Assembly: GCA_035275045.1 (NCBI GenBank)
Contig: DATENN010000308.1
Coordinates: 1-34,420, forward strand
Source of the DNA: Pyrinomonadaceae bacterium
GTDB taxonomy: Bacteria > Acidobacteriota > Blastocatellia > Pyrinomonadales > Pyrinomonadaceae
Length of the DNA stretch: 34,420 nucleotides
Direction of reading: 5' to 3'
Made by a program: the position numbers and the translations under genes
Notes under the pieces: generated by a model
What the model saw: the letters and a program-made list of their open reading frames with translations, nothing else
Database searches by the model: none
What the model was told of the DNA's origin: nothing
In this document: in pieces, positions 19,862 through 27,433 of the stretch
Layout: every line of letters begins with the position of its first letter
Numbering within the stretch: the first letter of the stretch is position 1

Positions 19862-19950
19862 CAGTGCTGAGTGCTGAGTGCTGAGTACTGAGTCAAATAC
19901 TCAGACTCAAAGTTCTTACTCGGCACTCAGCACTCAGCACTCAGCACTTT
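19862..19950. repeat. heptad-repeat hairpin (TGCTGAG/CTCAGCA type) between ffs and dnaX (locus G)
   Basis: agtgctgagtgctgagtgctgagt (19863..19886) is the exact reverse complement of actcagcactcagcactcagcact (19925..19948), a 24-bp perfect stem. It is followed by tt and then by the dnaX ATG 7 nt later. Confidence 0.9.
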
Positions 19951-19955
19951 TCCGT

Positions 19956-21722
19956 ATGGCCTACCAGGTAATCGCGCGCAAATGGCGCCCGCAAAGTTTT
20001 GACGAAGTAACCGGCCAGGAACCGATCACGCGCACACTGCGCAATGCGATCGAGCACCAGCGGCTGCATCACGCTTATCTGTTTTCCGGCGCGCGCGGCG
20101 TCGGCAAAACGACGACTGCGCGTCTGCTTGCCAAGGCATTGAATTGCCACAAGTCGCCGGTACCGACTGCAACTCCCTGCCGCACTGACGATCCGACCGC
20201 CTGTCCGTCGTGCCGCGAAATAACTGAGAGCCGTTCCATCGACGTACAGGAAATCGACGCTGCCTCGAATACCGGCGTCGGCAACGTGCGCGACTCGATT
20301 ATTGAAACAGTGGGCTTTGCGCCGGCGCGCGACCGCTACAAAGTTTTCATCATCGACGAAGTGCACATGCTTTCGACACCCGCCTTCAACGCGTTGTTGA
20401 AGACCATTGAAGAGCCGCCCGACCGTGTGGTCTTTATCATGGCGACCACGGAAAAGCAGAAGGTCCCGGAAACCATTCTTTCACGCTGCCAGCAGTTTGA
20501 ATTTCGCACCATTGCCACTGCAAAGGTTTTTGAGCGCCTGAAACTAATCGCCAAAGCGGAAAACATTTCCGTAACTGACGAAGCGCTTCGCGAGATTGCG
20601 CGTTCGGGCGAAGGTTCGATGCGCGATGCGCAATCAAACTTTGATCAGGTGATCAGTTTTGCCGGCACCGATATCAAGAAAGAAGATATTGAACTCGCGC
20701 TAGGCATTGCCGGCGCCGACATTCTGATTCGGGTGGTCAATGGCATCGCGAACAATCAACCGGCCGAAGCACTCGCCGTCGTCGATGATGTCGTGATGCG
20801 CGGTCATGATCTGCGTAACTTCTGTCGCGACCTCCTCGCGCATTTTCGCGATCTGTTAGTAGCCAAAGTATCCGGCAGCGATGAATTGTTGGAAGCAGCG
20901 ATTTGCGATAGCGCGGAATTGAAGCGGCAGGCGGCATTGTTTTCCGAAAGTGACCTGGTGCGCTTTTTCAATTCGCTGGCTGAGACCGAAAATCTTCTGC
21001 GCACCGCTTCCCAGCCGCGATACCTGGTGGAGATCGCGCTCGTTAAATTGATGGAGATGCGGCGGCTGGAGCCGCTCAGCCAATTACTCGATCGCGTGAA
21101 CGCTCTAGAAAGTGTGTTGCGCGGTGGCGAACCGCTCGCGACCGGAACAAGGGCATCGAAGGTGGAAACAAATGTAGCTCCTGCCACGAAATCCCCGACA
21201 CTTGCTGCCGCAACCTATGCGAGCGGAGCCGCAGCGGGAGCAGCGCCCGCGATGGAGACAAGATCAGCAGCAGTAGTAGGCAGCAGCGGTCGGCAGGAGG
21301 ACACATTTGCCGTCGGCGGTCCGCAGACCGCGGTCGATCAGATCAAAGCCGCATTAGAGCAACGGCGAAAAATGTTTTTGGTTACTGCACTCGAGGGCGC
21401 GAGCAAAGCGGCAATTGAAGGCAACGAACTTTCAGTTGAGTTTGAACCTGCCAATCGGCACCTGCGCGACACGTTGTCGAAGAGCGACAACGTAAAAATC
21501 CTGCGAGAAGTTTGTCGAGAGATCACCGGGAGCGATCTTGGGGTGCGGTTTGTGATTGCTGATAGCCAGGCAGCAGCAGATGCGCCGCCTTCAAAGGAAG
21601 AGCTCGAACGCCGCGATCAACAAGCGTTGCGCTCGCGCGCGGAAAAAGATCCGGTCATCAGGCAGGCTTTGAAAACCTTTCGCGGCGAGATTATCGATGT
21701 GAAAAGAATCGAACGCGAATAA
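19956..21722 (+). CDS. dnaX: DNA polymerase III subunit gamma/tau
   Basis: MAYQVIARKWRPQSFDEVTGQE is the canonical DnaX N-terminus. Other motifs are Walker A GARGVGKTT, a zinc module (CxxC..CPSC), IIDEVHML and SRCQQFEF. The start is set at the ATG at 19956. The track start at 19878 lies inside the repeat. Confidence 0.93.
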   Translation: MAYQVIARKWRPQSFDEVTGQEPITRTLRNAIEHQRLHHAYLFSGARGVGKTTTARLLAKALNCHKSPVPTATPCRTDDPTACPSCREITESRSIDVQEIDAASNTGVGNVRDSIIETVGFAPARDRYKVFIIDEVHMLSTPAFNALLKTIEEPPDRVVFIMATTEKQKVPETILSRCQQFEFRTIATAKVFERLKLIAKAENISVTDEALREIARSGEGSMRDAQSNFDQVISFAGTDIKKEDIELALGIAGADILIRVVNGIANNQPAEALAVVDDVVMRGHDLRNFCRDLLAHFRDLLVAKVSGSDELLEAAICDSAELKRQAALFSESDLVRFFNSLAETENLLRTASQPRYLVEIALVKLMEMRRLEPLSQLLDRVNALESVLRGGEPLATGTRASKVETNVAPATKSPTLAAATYASGAAAGAAPAMETRSAAVVGSSGRQEDTFAVGGPQTAVDQIKAALEQRRKMFLVTALEGASKAAIEGNELSVEFEPANRHLRDTLSKSDNVKILREVCREITGSDLGVRFVIADSQAAADAPPSKEELERRDQQALRSRAEKDPVIRQALKTFRGEIIDVKRIERE

Positions 21723-21790
21723 TAGCTTCACGATGCGGCTTCTGCTTCACAAAAAGCCGTGCCTAATTTTTGATAATCTGATAAAAACAA

Positions 21791-21823
21791 AGACCGGCAC
21801 GCTATGGAAGCCGATGCCGGTCT
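21791..21823 (-). terminator. candidate intrinsic terminator (minus strand) in the convergent dnaX / regulator spacer
   Basis: agaccggca (21791..21799) and tgccggtct (21815..21823) form a 9-bp stem. On the minus strand it is followed by ttgttttta. Two more hairpins lie between it and the regulator stop: ccgccacg/cgtggcgg at 21828..21856 and ggaggtgcac/gtgcacctcc at 21896..21922. Confidence 0.55.
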
Positions 21824-21927
21824 TGTCCCGCCACGCTCACCCTTTTGACGTGGCGGATCGGGACACTTTGGTTGATCAGAGCCAAAGCGTCCACCGGAGG
21901 TGCACGCCGCTAGTGCACCTCCAGCTC

Positions 21928-23436
21928 CTAGTTATCGTGAATGTCTTGCTCGATCTCCGCTGGCCTGCCTTTAGTCGCGCGTTTATGGATGGGTGAACGG
22001 GCTTTTAATAAGTCCTGGTGGCGCGAACCGATCACATAAGCGAGTCCCTGATAAGTCATACCCAACAATGAAGCCGCATGCGTGACGCTGCCATTCGCCT
22101 GGGCCAACGCCTGGCGCAACAGGCCTGCTTCAAACTTCAAAACCTCAAGCGGAAAACTGCACGACGCATTGAAGACTGTTTCTGTTGCCGCTTCCGGTTT
22201 CAGTTCGCCGCGAATGCCGGCGAAGACTTTTCGCGCGGCATTATTGAGACGCAGCAGAATGTCCTGACTTTGCGACTTGGCCAGCCATTCGCTCGCTCGA
22301 TCGTACGCAGCGTACAGCGTGTCGGTCGGCAGGTCATCCAACTCCTCAATCAAGGTGAGCGCGGCGAGGCCGGCTTTGTTGAGAGCGCCAACCTGATGGC
22401 CCACCTCAATCGCTTTTTGGAAAGTGAATTGGGCGCGCTGGGTTTGCTTAAGACGAGCAATGGCGACGCCGTGGGTGATGAGTGCATCGGCCAGCAGACA
22501 CTGGTGCCCACTTTTTTCAAGCGCGCGCACCGCGCTGCGCGCCACCACCTCGGCTTCTGCGAATTTCTTTTCTGCGATTAGGACCTGCGCGCGCGTATCG
22601 TCGATCTGAGCAACGCCAACTTTGTCCTTCACGCGGATTCTCAACCGACGAGCCTGCTCAAGATATTTGTGGGCTTCGTCGAAACGCTTAAATTCACGAA
22701 GGAGATTGGCAATATTGTTCTTGATATCCGCGCGAAAAACGCTGTTCCGCGCCGTCTTAAAATGCTGATCAGCCTTTTCATAATTTTCAAAAATTTGCGC
22801 GAAATCTTCAGGACGTTTGTCGTTAAGAGTTAGCTCACGAATTACCATTGCCAATTGACTATGATAGGCACCCCGTATTGCATGATTGGTGACCTTCTTA
22901 AAGAGAAACGCGTTGTCTTTTAGGATTCTCAGGGCTTCCCCATAGCGGGCTGCGGACCATTCGACGACAGCTAAGCCTAATAGCCCGTATGCTCGCGTGT
23001 TTCCTTCGGTTGTAAGCTTAGTTAAAGCTTCCGAAAACAGAATGCGGGATTCATCTAGCTTGCCTTCGCGCCAGTAACAGTAAGCTAGTTCAACTTGGGC
23101 TGCTGCTACCTTTCTAACGTCTTTTATGGATTCGTGAAAAGCGATGCTTTCGCAAATGAGGTTTTTTGCTAGTTCATTAGAAGAGTCTCTCTTGTCTTTA
23201 CTTCCAATCCATCTTGTCAAGATTCCTGCGCAAAGTAACACTTCAGCAGCAACTGATGCGTGTAAGCCCTCTGTTATCGGCCGTTGTCCGGGATTCTTCC
23301 AAAATCGTCCCATGACGCTTCGTGCGCCCGCGTAATCACCTTGGTCCTTCATTTCCAATGCCCGTTGACAACGCAGCAATGCTTCTTCGTTGGCGCTTAG
23401 ATGTGTTGCGTTGAGTTTTCGTGAGGTTATCCTCAT
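21928..23436 (-). CDS. TPR-like helical-repeat protein with a C-terminal Fis-type helix-turn-helix (putative transcriptional regulator)
   Basis: 502 aa. Repeated amphipathic helix pairs have TPR-like spacing (AAQVELAYCYWREGKLDESRILFSEAL, ANLLREFKRFDEAHKYLEQARRL, TRAQVLIAEKKFAEAEVVARSAV). The C-terminal LLRQALAQANGSVTHAASLLGMTYQGLAYVI resembles the NtrC/Fis HTH_8. There is no AAA+ or receiver domain. Confidence 0.6.
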   Translation of the reverse strand: MRITSRKLNATHLSANEEALLRCQRALEMKDQGDYAGARSVMGRFWKNPGQRPITEGLHASVAAEVLLCAGILTRWIGSKDKRDSSNELAKNLICESIAFHESIKDVRKVAAAQVELAYCYWREGKLDESRILFSEALTKLTTEGNTRAYGLLGLAVVEWSAARYGEALRILKDNAFLFKKVTNHAIRGAYHSQLAMVIRELTLNDKRPEDFAQIFENYEKADQHFKTARNSVFRADIKNNIANLLREFKRFDEAHKYLEQARRLRIRVKDKVGVAQIDDTRAQVLIAEKKFAEAEVVARSAVRALEKSGHQCLLADALITHGVAIARLKQTQRAQFTFQKAIEVGHQVGALNKAGLAALTLIEELDDLPTDTLYAAYDRASEWLAKSQSQDILLRLNNAARKVFAGIRGELKPEAATETVFNASCSFPLEVLKFEAGLLRQALAQANGSVTHAASLLGMTYQGLAYVIGSRHQDLLKARSPIHKRATKGRPAEIEQDIHDN

Positions 23437-23590
23437 GAGAATCAGACCCTTCTACGTGAGTGTAAGAGAGCTTGCTACCTACGGAGGCGGATATTAGTGC
23501 GCCTCACCCTCACCTTGCAAGAACTTCCTGAAGTTGGTCTATTCTATTTTATGTAAGAAGTCTTGCATCCCACCTTGAAGGAGAAACAAG

Positions 23591-23797
23591 ATGAAACGAT
23601 TACTAATAAGTGCGGTCGCGGTGTGCGCTCTCTCGATGATGACCAAGGCGGGTGACATTCCGTCCGTCGGCGCGCCTCAACCACAGCCGACGGTCGCGTC
23701 AACAACGCCTGGAGAAATTCCATCCGTACCCCGAACCGACCAATTAACAGATAGCTTAATTCTCGCGCTTCTATCTGGTTTGGATCTGGTGCTCTAA
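23591..23797 (+). CDS. small secreted peptide (68 aa) with a duplicated G(D/E)IPSV motif
   Basis: A strong SD (AAGGAG) lies 8 nt upstream of the ATG. It has a Sec-type signal peptide MKRLLISAVAVCALSMMTKA. The mature part is GDIPSVGAPQPQPTVASTTPGEIPSVPRTDQLTDSLILALLSGLDLVL. It is divergent from the TPR-HTH gene. Confidence 0.6.
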   Translation: MKRLLISAVAVCALSMMTKAGDIPSVGAPQPQPTVASTTPGEIPSVPRTDQLTDSLILALLSGLDLVL

Positions 23798-24168
23798 ACG
23801 AGAACGCATCGGTGATGTTGCTGTATGCGAGTGGTGTGGGCTCCGCTGAGAAATTTAAGCTCGCAAAACTCACCCTAACATTTCCGATTCGCTCTTAACG
23901 GGGTCGCGCACAACTCAACCTCAATTAGCAGCCTCACGGCGGCAGGGATTTGTGTGCTTAACGGTAACCCAACGAGCGAAACTCAGGCGTGCTTGAGCAG
24001 CATTAGGATTGAAGTCGGTGGCCGTTCCTAATTCCAGCGAACCGAAGTGGCTGGAGCTTATATGGATACGTTTCAAAACCTGGTACGCGGCACCTGTATC
24101 TCGCCAAGTCTTTTTGGTGAACAAAATCGCGCCGCGCGTCGTAATGAACTGCGCTCGGAGGTTAAATC

Positions 24169-24378
24169 ATGCGCGATCCATTCACGGCAGGCCTGTTAAG
24201 TTTCATCATTCCCGGCGTGGGCCAACTGTACAACGGCCGCATCCTGGCCGGCATTTTCTGGCTCATTATCACGCCCGGCTTTTGGATCGGCTCTGGCGGC
24301 ACGCTCGGCTGGATTTGTCACGTCATCGCTGCTTACACGGCATACTCGTTCGCGAAATACCACCCGGTGCGGGCCTAG
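24169..24378 (+). CDS. small membrane protein (TM2-like PGxGQxYNG motif)
   Basis: 69 aa with GGAGG 8 nt upstream of the ATG, the motif LLSFIIPGVGQLYNGR and two TM helices. Confidence 0.6.
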   Translation: MRDPFTAGLLSFIIPGVGQLYNGRILAGIFWLIITPGFWIGSGGTLGWICHVIAAYTAYSFAKYHPVRA

Positions 24379-24438
24379 GATGTAGCGCAAACTGACGCTT
24401 GCGGATACGTCTGCGCGCTCTACGCGCGCCCATTAGCT

Positions 24439-24507
24439 GCGAAACTTACACAGACTAAAGTCTGTGCCACGCGGCGAAACTTACACAGACTAAAGTCTGT
24501 GCCACGC
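24439..24507. repeat. perfect tandem direct repeat (2 x 34 bp, 35-bp period), each unit carrying the ACAGACTAAAGTCTGT palindrome
   Basis: gcgaaacttacacagactaaagtctgtgccacgc occurs at 24439..24472 and again at 24474..24507, about 90 nt upstream of the zwf ATG. Confidence 0.9.
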
Positions 24508-24598
24508 TCGTGCTATCCTTGCTTTCATCGTCACCAACGACACACAAACAGCGGCCGAACAAACGGGCGAGCCGGCAACAAATCCCTTGCGCGCGGGC

Positions 24599-26095
24599 AT
24601 GCGTCTCGAGCGTGTAGCGCCGTCGTGTGTTGTCGTAATCTTTGGCGCCACCGGAGACCTGACGCGCCGCAAACTTCTGCCCGCGCTCTATCGTTTAACG
24701 CAACAACAATTGATACCAGCGGAGTTCGCGATCCTGGGCACCGCGCGGCAGCCGCTCAGCGACGACGAGTTTCGCGCGCAAATGCAACAGGCGATTCAGG
24801 AGTTTGCCAGCGAAGATCAGTTTGACGAAAAAGCCTGGCAAAGTTTTGCCAAGCGCCTTTTCTATTTGCCCGGAGAGTTCGCGGACGCCGGGCTCTATCA
24901 AAAGATAAAAACGAAACTGGGCGAGATCGACAAAGATTGCAGCACGCGCGGCAATCATTTGTTCTATCTCGCTACTGCGCCGGAATTTTTCGGCGTCGTG
25001 GCCACGAAATTAGGCGAAGCGAAGCTCGCAAAACCGCAAGACGATGCCTGGACGCGCATCATCGTTGAAAAACCGTTCGGGCACGATCTCGCGAGCGCGC
25101 AAAAACTGAATCAGGAGCTGGCTACGGTTTTTGAAGAGAAGCAGATCTATCGCATCGATCACTATCTCGGGAAAGAGACGGTGCAGAACCTGCTGGTATT
25201 TCGTTTTGCGAACAGCATTTTTGAGCCGCTTTGGAACCGGCAGTACATCGATCACATTCAGATCACGAATGCAGAAGCGATCGGCGTCGAGGGACGCGGC
25301 GCGTATTACGAAAAGGCCGGCGCGCTGCGCGATATGATCCAGAACCACGTGTTTCAGGTGACCTCCTTGATTGCGATGGAGCCGCCCGCTTCTTTATCTG
25401 CGAACGGTGTGCGCGATGAAAAGATCAAGGCAATGCAGTCGGTGCGGCCGTTGCCGGCAGAGAAAATCGATAAGTTTGCTGTGCGCGGCCAGTATGGACC
25501 AGGAACAGTTTTAGGCGACACGGTTCCGGGTTACCGTCAGGAACCCGGCGTCGATCCGAATTCTTCGACGGCAACGTTTGCCGCCCTCAAACTTCAGTTC
25601 GACAACTGGCGCTGGGCGGGCGTGCCTTTCTATCTGCGCTCAGGCAAGCGTTTGCAAAAGCACATCACTGAAATCGCGATCGAGTTCAAGGGCGTGCCGC
25701 ATCGGCTGTTCACTGATGCCGATGCGCCACTGCAGCGCAACGTGCTCGTAATTCGCATTCAGCCCAACGAGGGCATCACGCTGCGGTTCGGCGCGAAGCT
25801 GCCCGGACAGGCGATGCGCATTCGTTCGGTCAACATGGATTTTCGTTATGGCTCATCTTTTGGCGTGAAGCCGCCAGAGGCATATGAGCGTTTGTTGCTC
25901 GATTGCATGCTCGGGGATTCGACGCTGTACGCGCGCCGCGATATGGTCGAGCGCGGTTGGGAAATCGTGGCACCGATCATCGATGCATGGGAAAAACCCG
26001 CGACTGATTTTCCGAATTACGAGGCCGGCTCGTGGGGACCATCGGCGGCCGCCGAATTATTAAGTCGGGACGGCAGAAAGTGGCGAAGGCTTTGA
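24599..26095 (+). CDS. zwf: glucose-6-phosphate dehydrogenase
   Basis: It carries the NADP motif GATGDLTRRKLLPALY, the active-site motif RIDHYLGKE and the usual C-terminal WGP...A..LL. The ATG at 24599 is preferred over the TTG at 24587. Confidence 0.95.
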   Translation: MRLERVAPSCVVVIFGATGDLTRRKLLPALYRLTQQQLIPAEFAILGTARQPLSDDEFRAQMQQAIQEFASEDQFDEKAWQSFAKRLFYLPGEFADAGLYQKIKTKLGEIDKDCSTRGNHLFYLATAPEFFGVVATKLGEAKLAKPQDDAWTRIIVEKPFGHDLASAQKLNQELATVFEEKQIYRIDHYLGKETVQNLLVFRFANSIFEPLWNRQYIDHIQITNAEAIGVEGRGAYYEKAGALRDMIQNHVFQVTSLIAMEPPASLSANGVRDEKIKAMQSVRPLPAEKIDKFAVRGQYGPGTVLGDTVPGYRQEPGVDPNSSTATFAALKLQFDNWRWAGVPFYLRSGKRLQKHITEIAIEFKGVPHRLFTDADAPLQRNVLVIRIQPNEGITLRFGAKLPGQAMRIRSVNMDFRYGSSFGVKPPEAYERLLLDCMLGDSTLYARRDMVERGWEIVAPIIDAWEKPATDFPNYEAGSWGPSAAAELLSRDGRKWRRL

Positions 26096-26227
26096 AGTCA
26101 GAGGTCAGATGTCGGATGTCAGATTTCAGAGACAGAGAACAGAGATCCAGAGATCAGAAGTCAGACGTCAAGATCAGAGCATGTGTTATATCTGAATCTG
26201 GCCTCTGACCTCTGACATCTGACATCC
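26094..26227. repeat. heptad-repeat inverted array filling the zwf-opcA spacer (locus E)
   Basis: The long left arm is built of gtcagag/gtcagat/gtcggat/cagagac/cagagat units (26096..26180). The short right arm reads tctgaat ctggcc tctgacc tctgaca tctgaca (26191..26226). About 18-25 bp can pair, for example ggatgtcagat.tcagag. Confidence 0.85.
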
Positions 26228-26235
26228 GTTTGCTT

Positions 26236-27393
26236 ATGCAGCAAATTTCACTCGGAAAAACCTTGGACATCGAGGTCGTTGAACGCGAACTCGCTTCGCT
26301 TTGGCACGTAGTTGAACCTGCGCCCAACGAACGCGCAGCCGCCGCGGATGCCGACGAAGTTGAAAGCCCCGTGTTGCGCGCGCGCGCCGCGAACCTGCTG
26401 GTGTACGTTGCGAACCAAACCACACTCGCCGAAGTTCATCAGCTATTGCCAGAGTTAACTGCGACGCATCCCAGTCGCGTACTCGCTATTTTCGGCGACG
26501 ACCCTGCCCCGGACCAGGACATTGAAATGTATGTCGCTGCGTTCTCACAGCAGGAGAAAGGCCCGAAGCGTTTGTGTTGCGAAGAGGTGACACTAAAAGC
26601 CCAAGGTTCGTTCATAAGCGAACTGCCCAGCGCTGCACTGCCTCTGTTGGTTTCCGATTTGCCCACGTTTCTTTGGTGGCGTGCAAGCCTCGGCGCACAA
26701 CGGCGAGTCTTCGACAGTTTGTTCCACGCGGCCGATCGTTTGATCATTGACTCTGTAGAATTTGCGCAACCCATCGCTGAACTGAAAGCGGTGAACAACC
26801 TCTATGCGAAACAACCTGAAGTCGGAATCAGTGATCTTAATTGGGCGCGTTTGACCTCGTGGCGAGGACTGCTCGCAGATTTTTATGATGTCGCCGCCTA
26901 TCAAAGCGGACTGAACGCAATCGATCACGTCAGCATCCATTATGTTTCGCCAAAAGCAGATGCAGACGCCATTGCGCCGCAAGCATTGTTGATGGCCGGC
27001 TGGCTGGCGAGCCGGCTGAAATGGACCATAAGCGAAAGTTCTTCGGCTAAGCGAAAGCAGGAACAAATTTCCTTCGAATTCCACACCGCCGCACAACGTT
27101 CGATTACCGTTGAGCTGGTCCGCGTCAGCGAATCATCAATCAGACCGGGCAGATTGGCTCTGGTTGAACTGCGCGCGCCTGACGAGATTAGTTTCGGTGT
27201 AGAGCGCAGCAAAGATGGGCAACTTGTAATCGCAGAGGCAAAACTCGGCGGCGGCGTCCAACGTGGGCGCGTGTTACCAGTTCGCAATCGCAGTACCGCA
27301 CAACTGCTGACGCGCGAAATGGAAATTCTCTGCAACGATCGGATTTATCAGGAAGCTCTTGTTGTGGCAGCGACTATGATCGAAAAACTCTGA
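26236..27393 (+). CDS. opcA: glucose-6-phosphate dehydrogenase assembly protein OpcA
   Basis: It lies directly after zwf. The N-terminal LDIEVVERELASLWH and RARAANLLVYV fit the OpcA pattern as I recall it. The length (~385 aa) is typical. Confidence 0.75.
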   Translation: MQQISLGKTLDIEVVERELASLWHVVEPAPNERAAAADADEVESPVLRARAANLLVYVANQTTLAEVHQLLPELTATHPSRVLAIFGDDPAPDQDIEMYVAAFSQQEKGPKRLCCEEVTLKAQGSFISELPSAALPLLVSDLPTFLWWRASLGAQRRVFDSLFHAADRLIIDSVEFAQPIAELKAVNNLYAKQPEVGISDLNWARLTSWRGLLADFYDVAAYQSGLNAIDHVSIHYVSPKADADAIAPQALLMAGWLASRLKWTISESSSAKRKQEQISFEFHTAAQRSITVELVRVSESSIRPGRLALVELRAPDEISFGVERSKDGQLVIAEAKLGGGVQRGRVLPVRNRSTAQLLTREMEILCNDRIYQEALVVAATMIEKL

Positions 27394-27401
27394 CGACTCA
27401 C

Positions 27402-27426
27402 AGGTCACCGTTCTCTGTCCTCTGTT
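27402..27426. repeat. single-arm heptad run (tctctgt cctctgt tctctat) in the convergent opcA / propeller spacer (locus F)
   Basis: It is the near reverse complement of cagagacagagaacagaga inside locus E (26131..26149). No local partner arm was seen. Confidence 0.5.
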
Positions 27427-27433
27427 CTCTATT

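Noticed and set aside
19878-19955. Upstream extension of the dnaX ORF (track start 19878, MLSTESNTQTQSSYSALSTQHSALFR...).
   Set aside because: The extra 26 codons lie entirely inside the heptad hairpin and start at a non-ATG codon. The canonical DnaX N-terminus MAYQVIARKWRPQSF begins at the ATG at 19956.
19956-21722. Programmed frameshift or slippage site in dnaX producing a gamma subunit.
   Set aside because: No A AAA AAG heptamer and no long A-run was seen in the coding sequence on visual scanning. This does not exclude other mechanisms.
23544-23873. 109-aa minus-strand ORF antisense to the small secreted peptide gene.
   Set aside because: It has no SD and no recognisable features, and it overlaps a plus-strand ORF that has a strong SD and a clean signal peptide. 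It is retained only as the alternative to test.
24009-24395. 128-aa plus-strand ORF (and 67-aa minus-strand ORF 23921..24124, TTG start) in the 23.8-24.2 kb gap.
   Set aside because: The Arg/His-rich translation looks like out-of-frame reading of the 69-aa membrane gene (24169..24378), which has GGAGG and a coherent TM pattern. The 370-bp stretch 23798..24168 stays unassigned. I looked for a structured RNA there and saw only short 4-5 bp stems.
21723-24510. Calling the dnaX-zwf segment a mobile element or genomic island.
   Set aside because: There is no integrase, transposase, tRNA attachment site or flanking direct repeats. Only the GC dip and boundary structures support it, so it is reported as a finding and not as a mobile_element feature.
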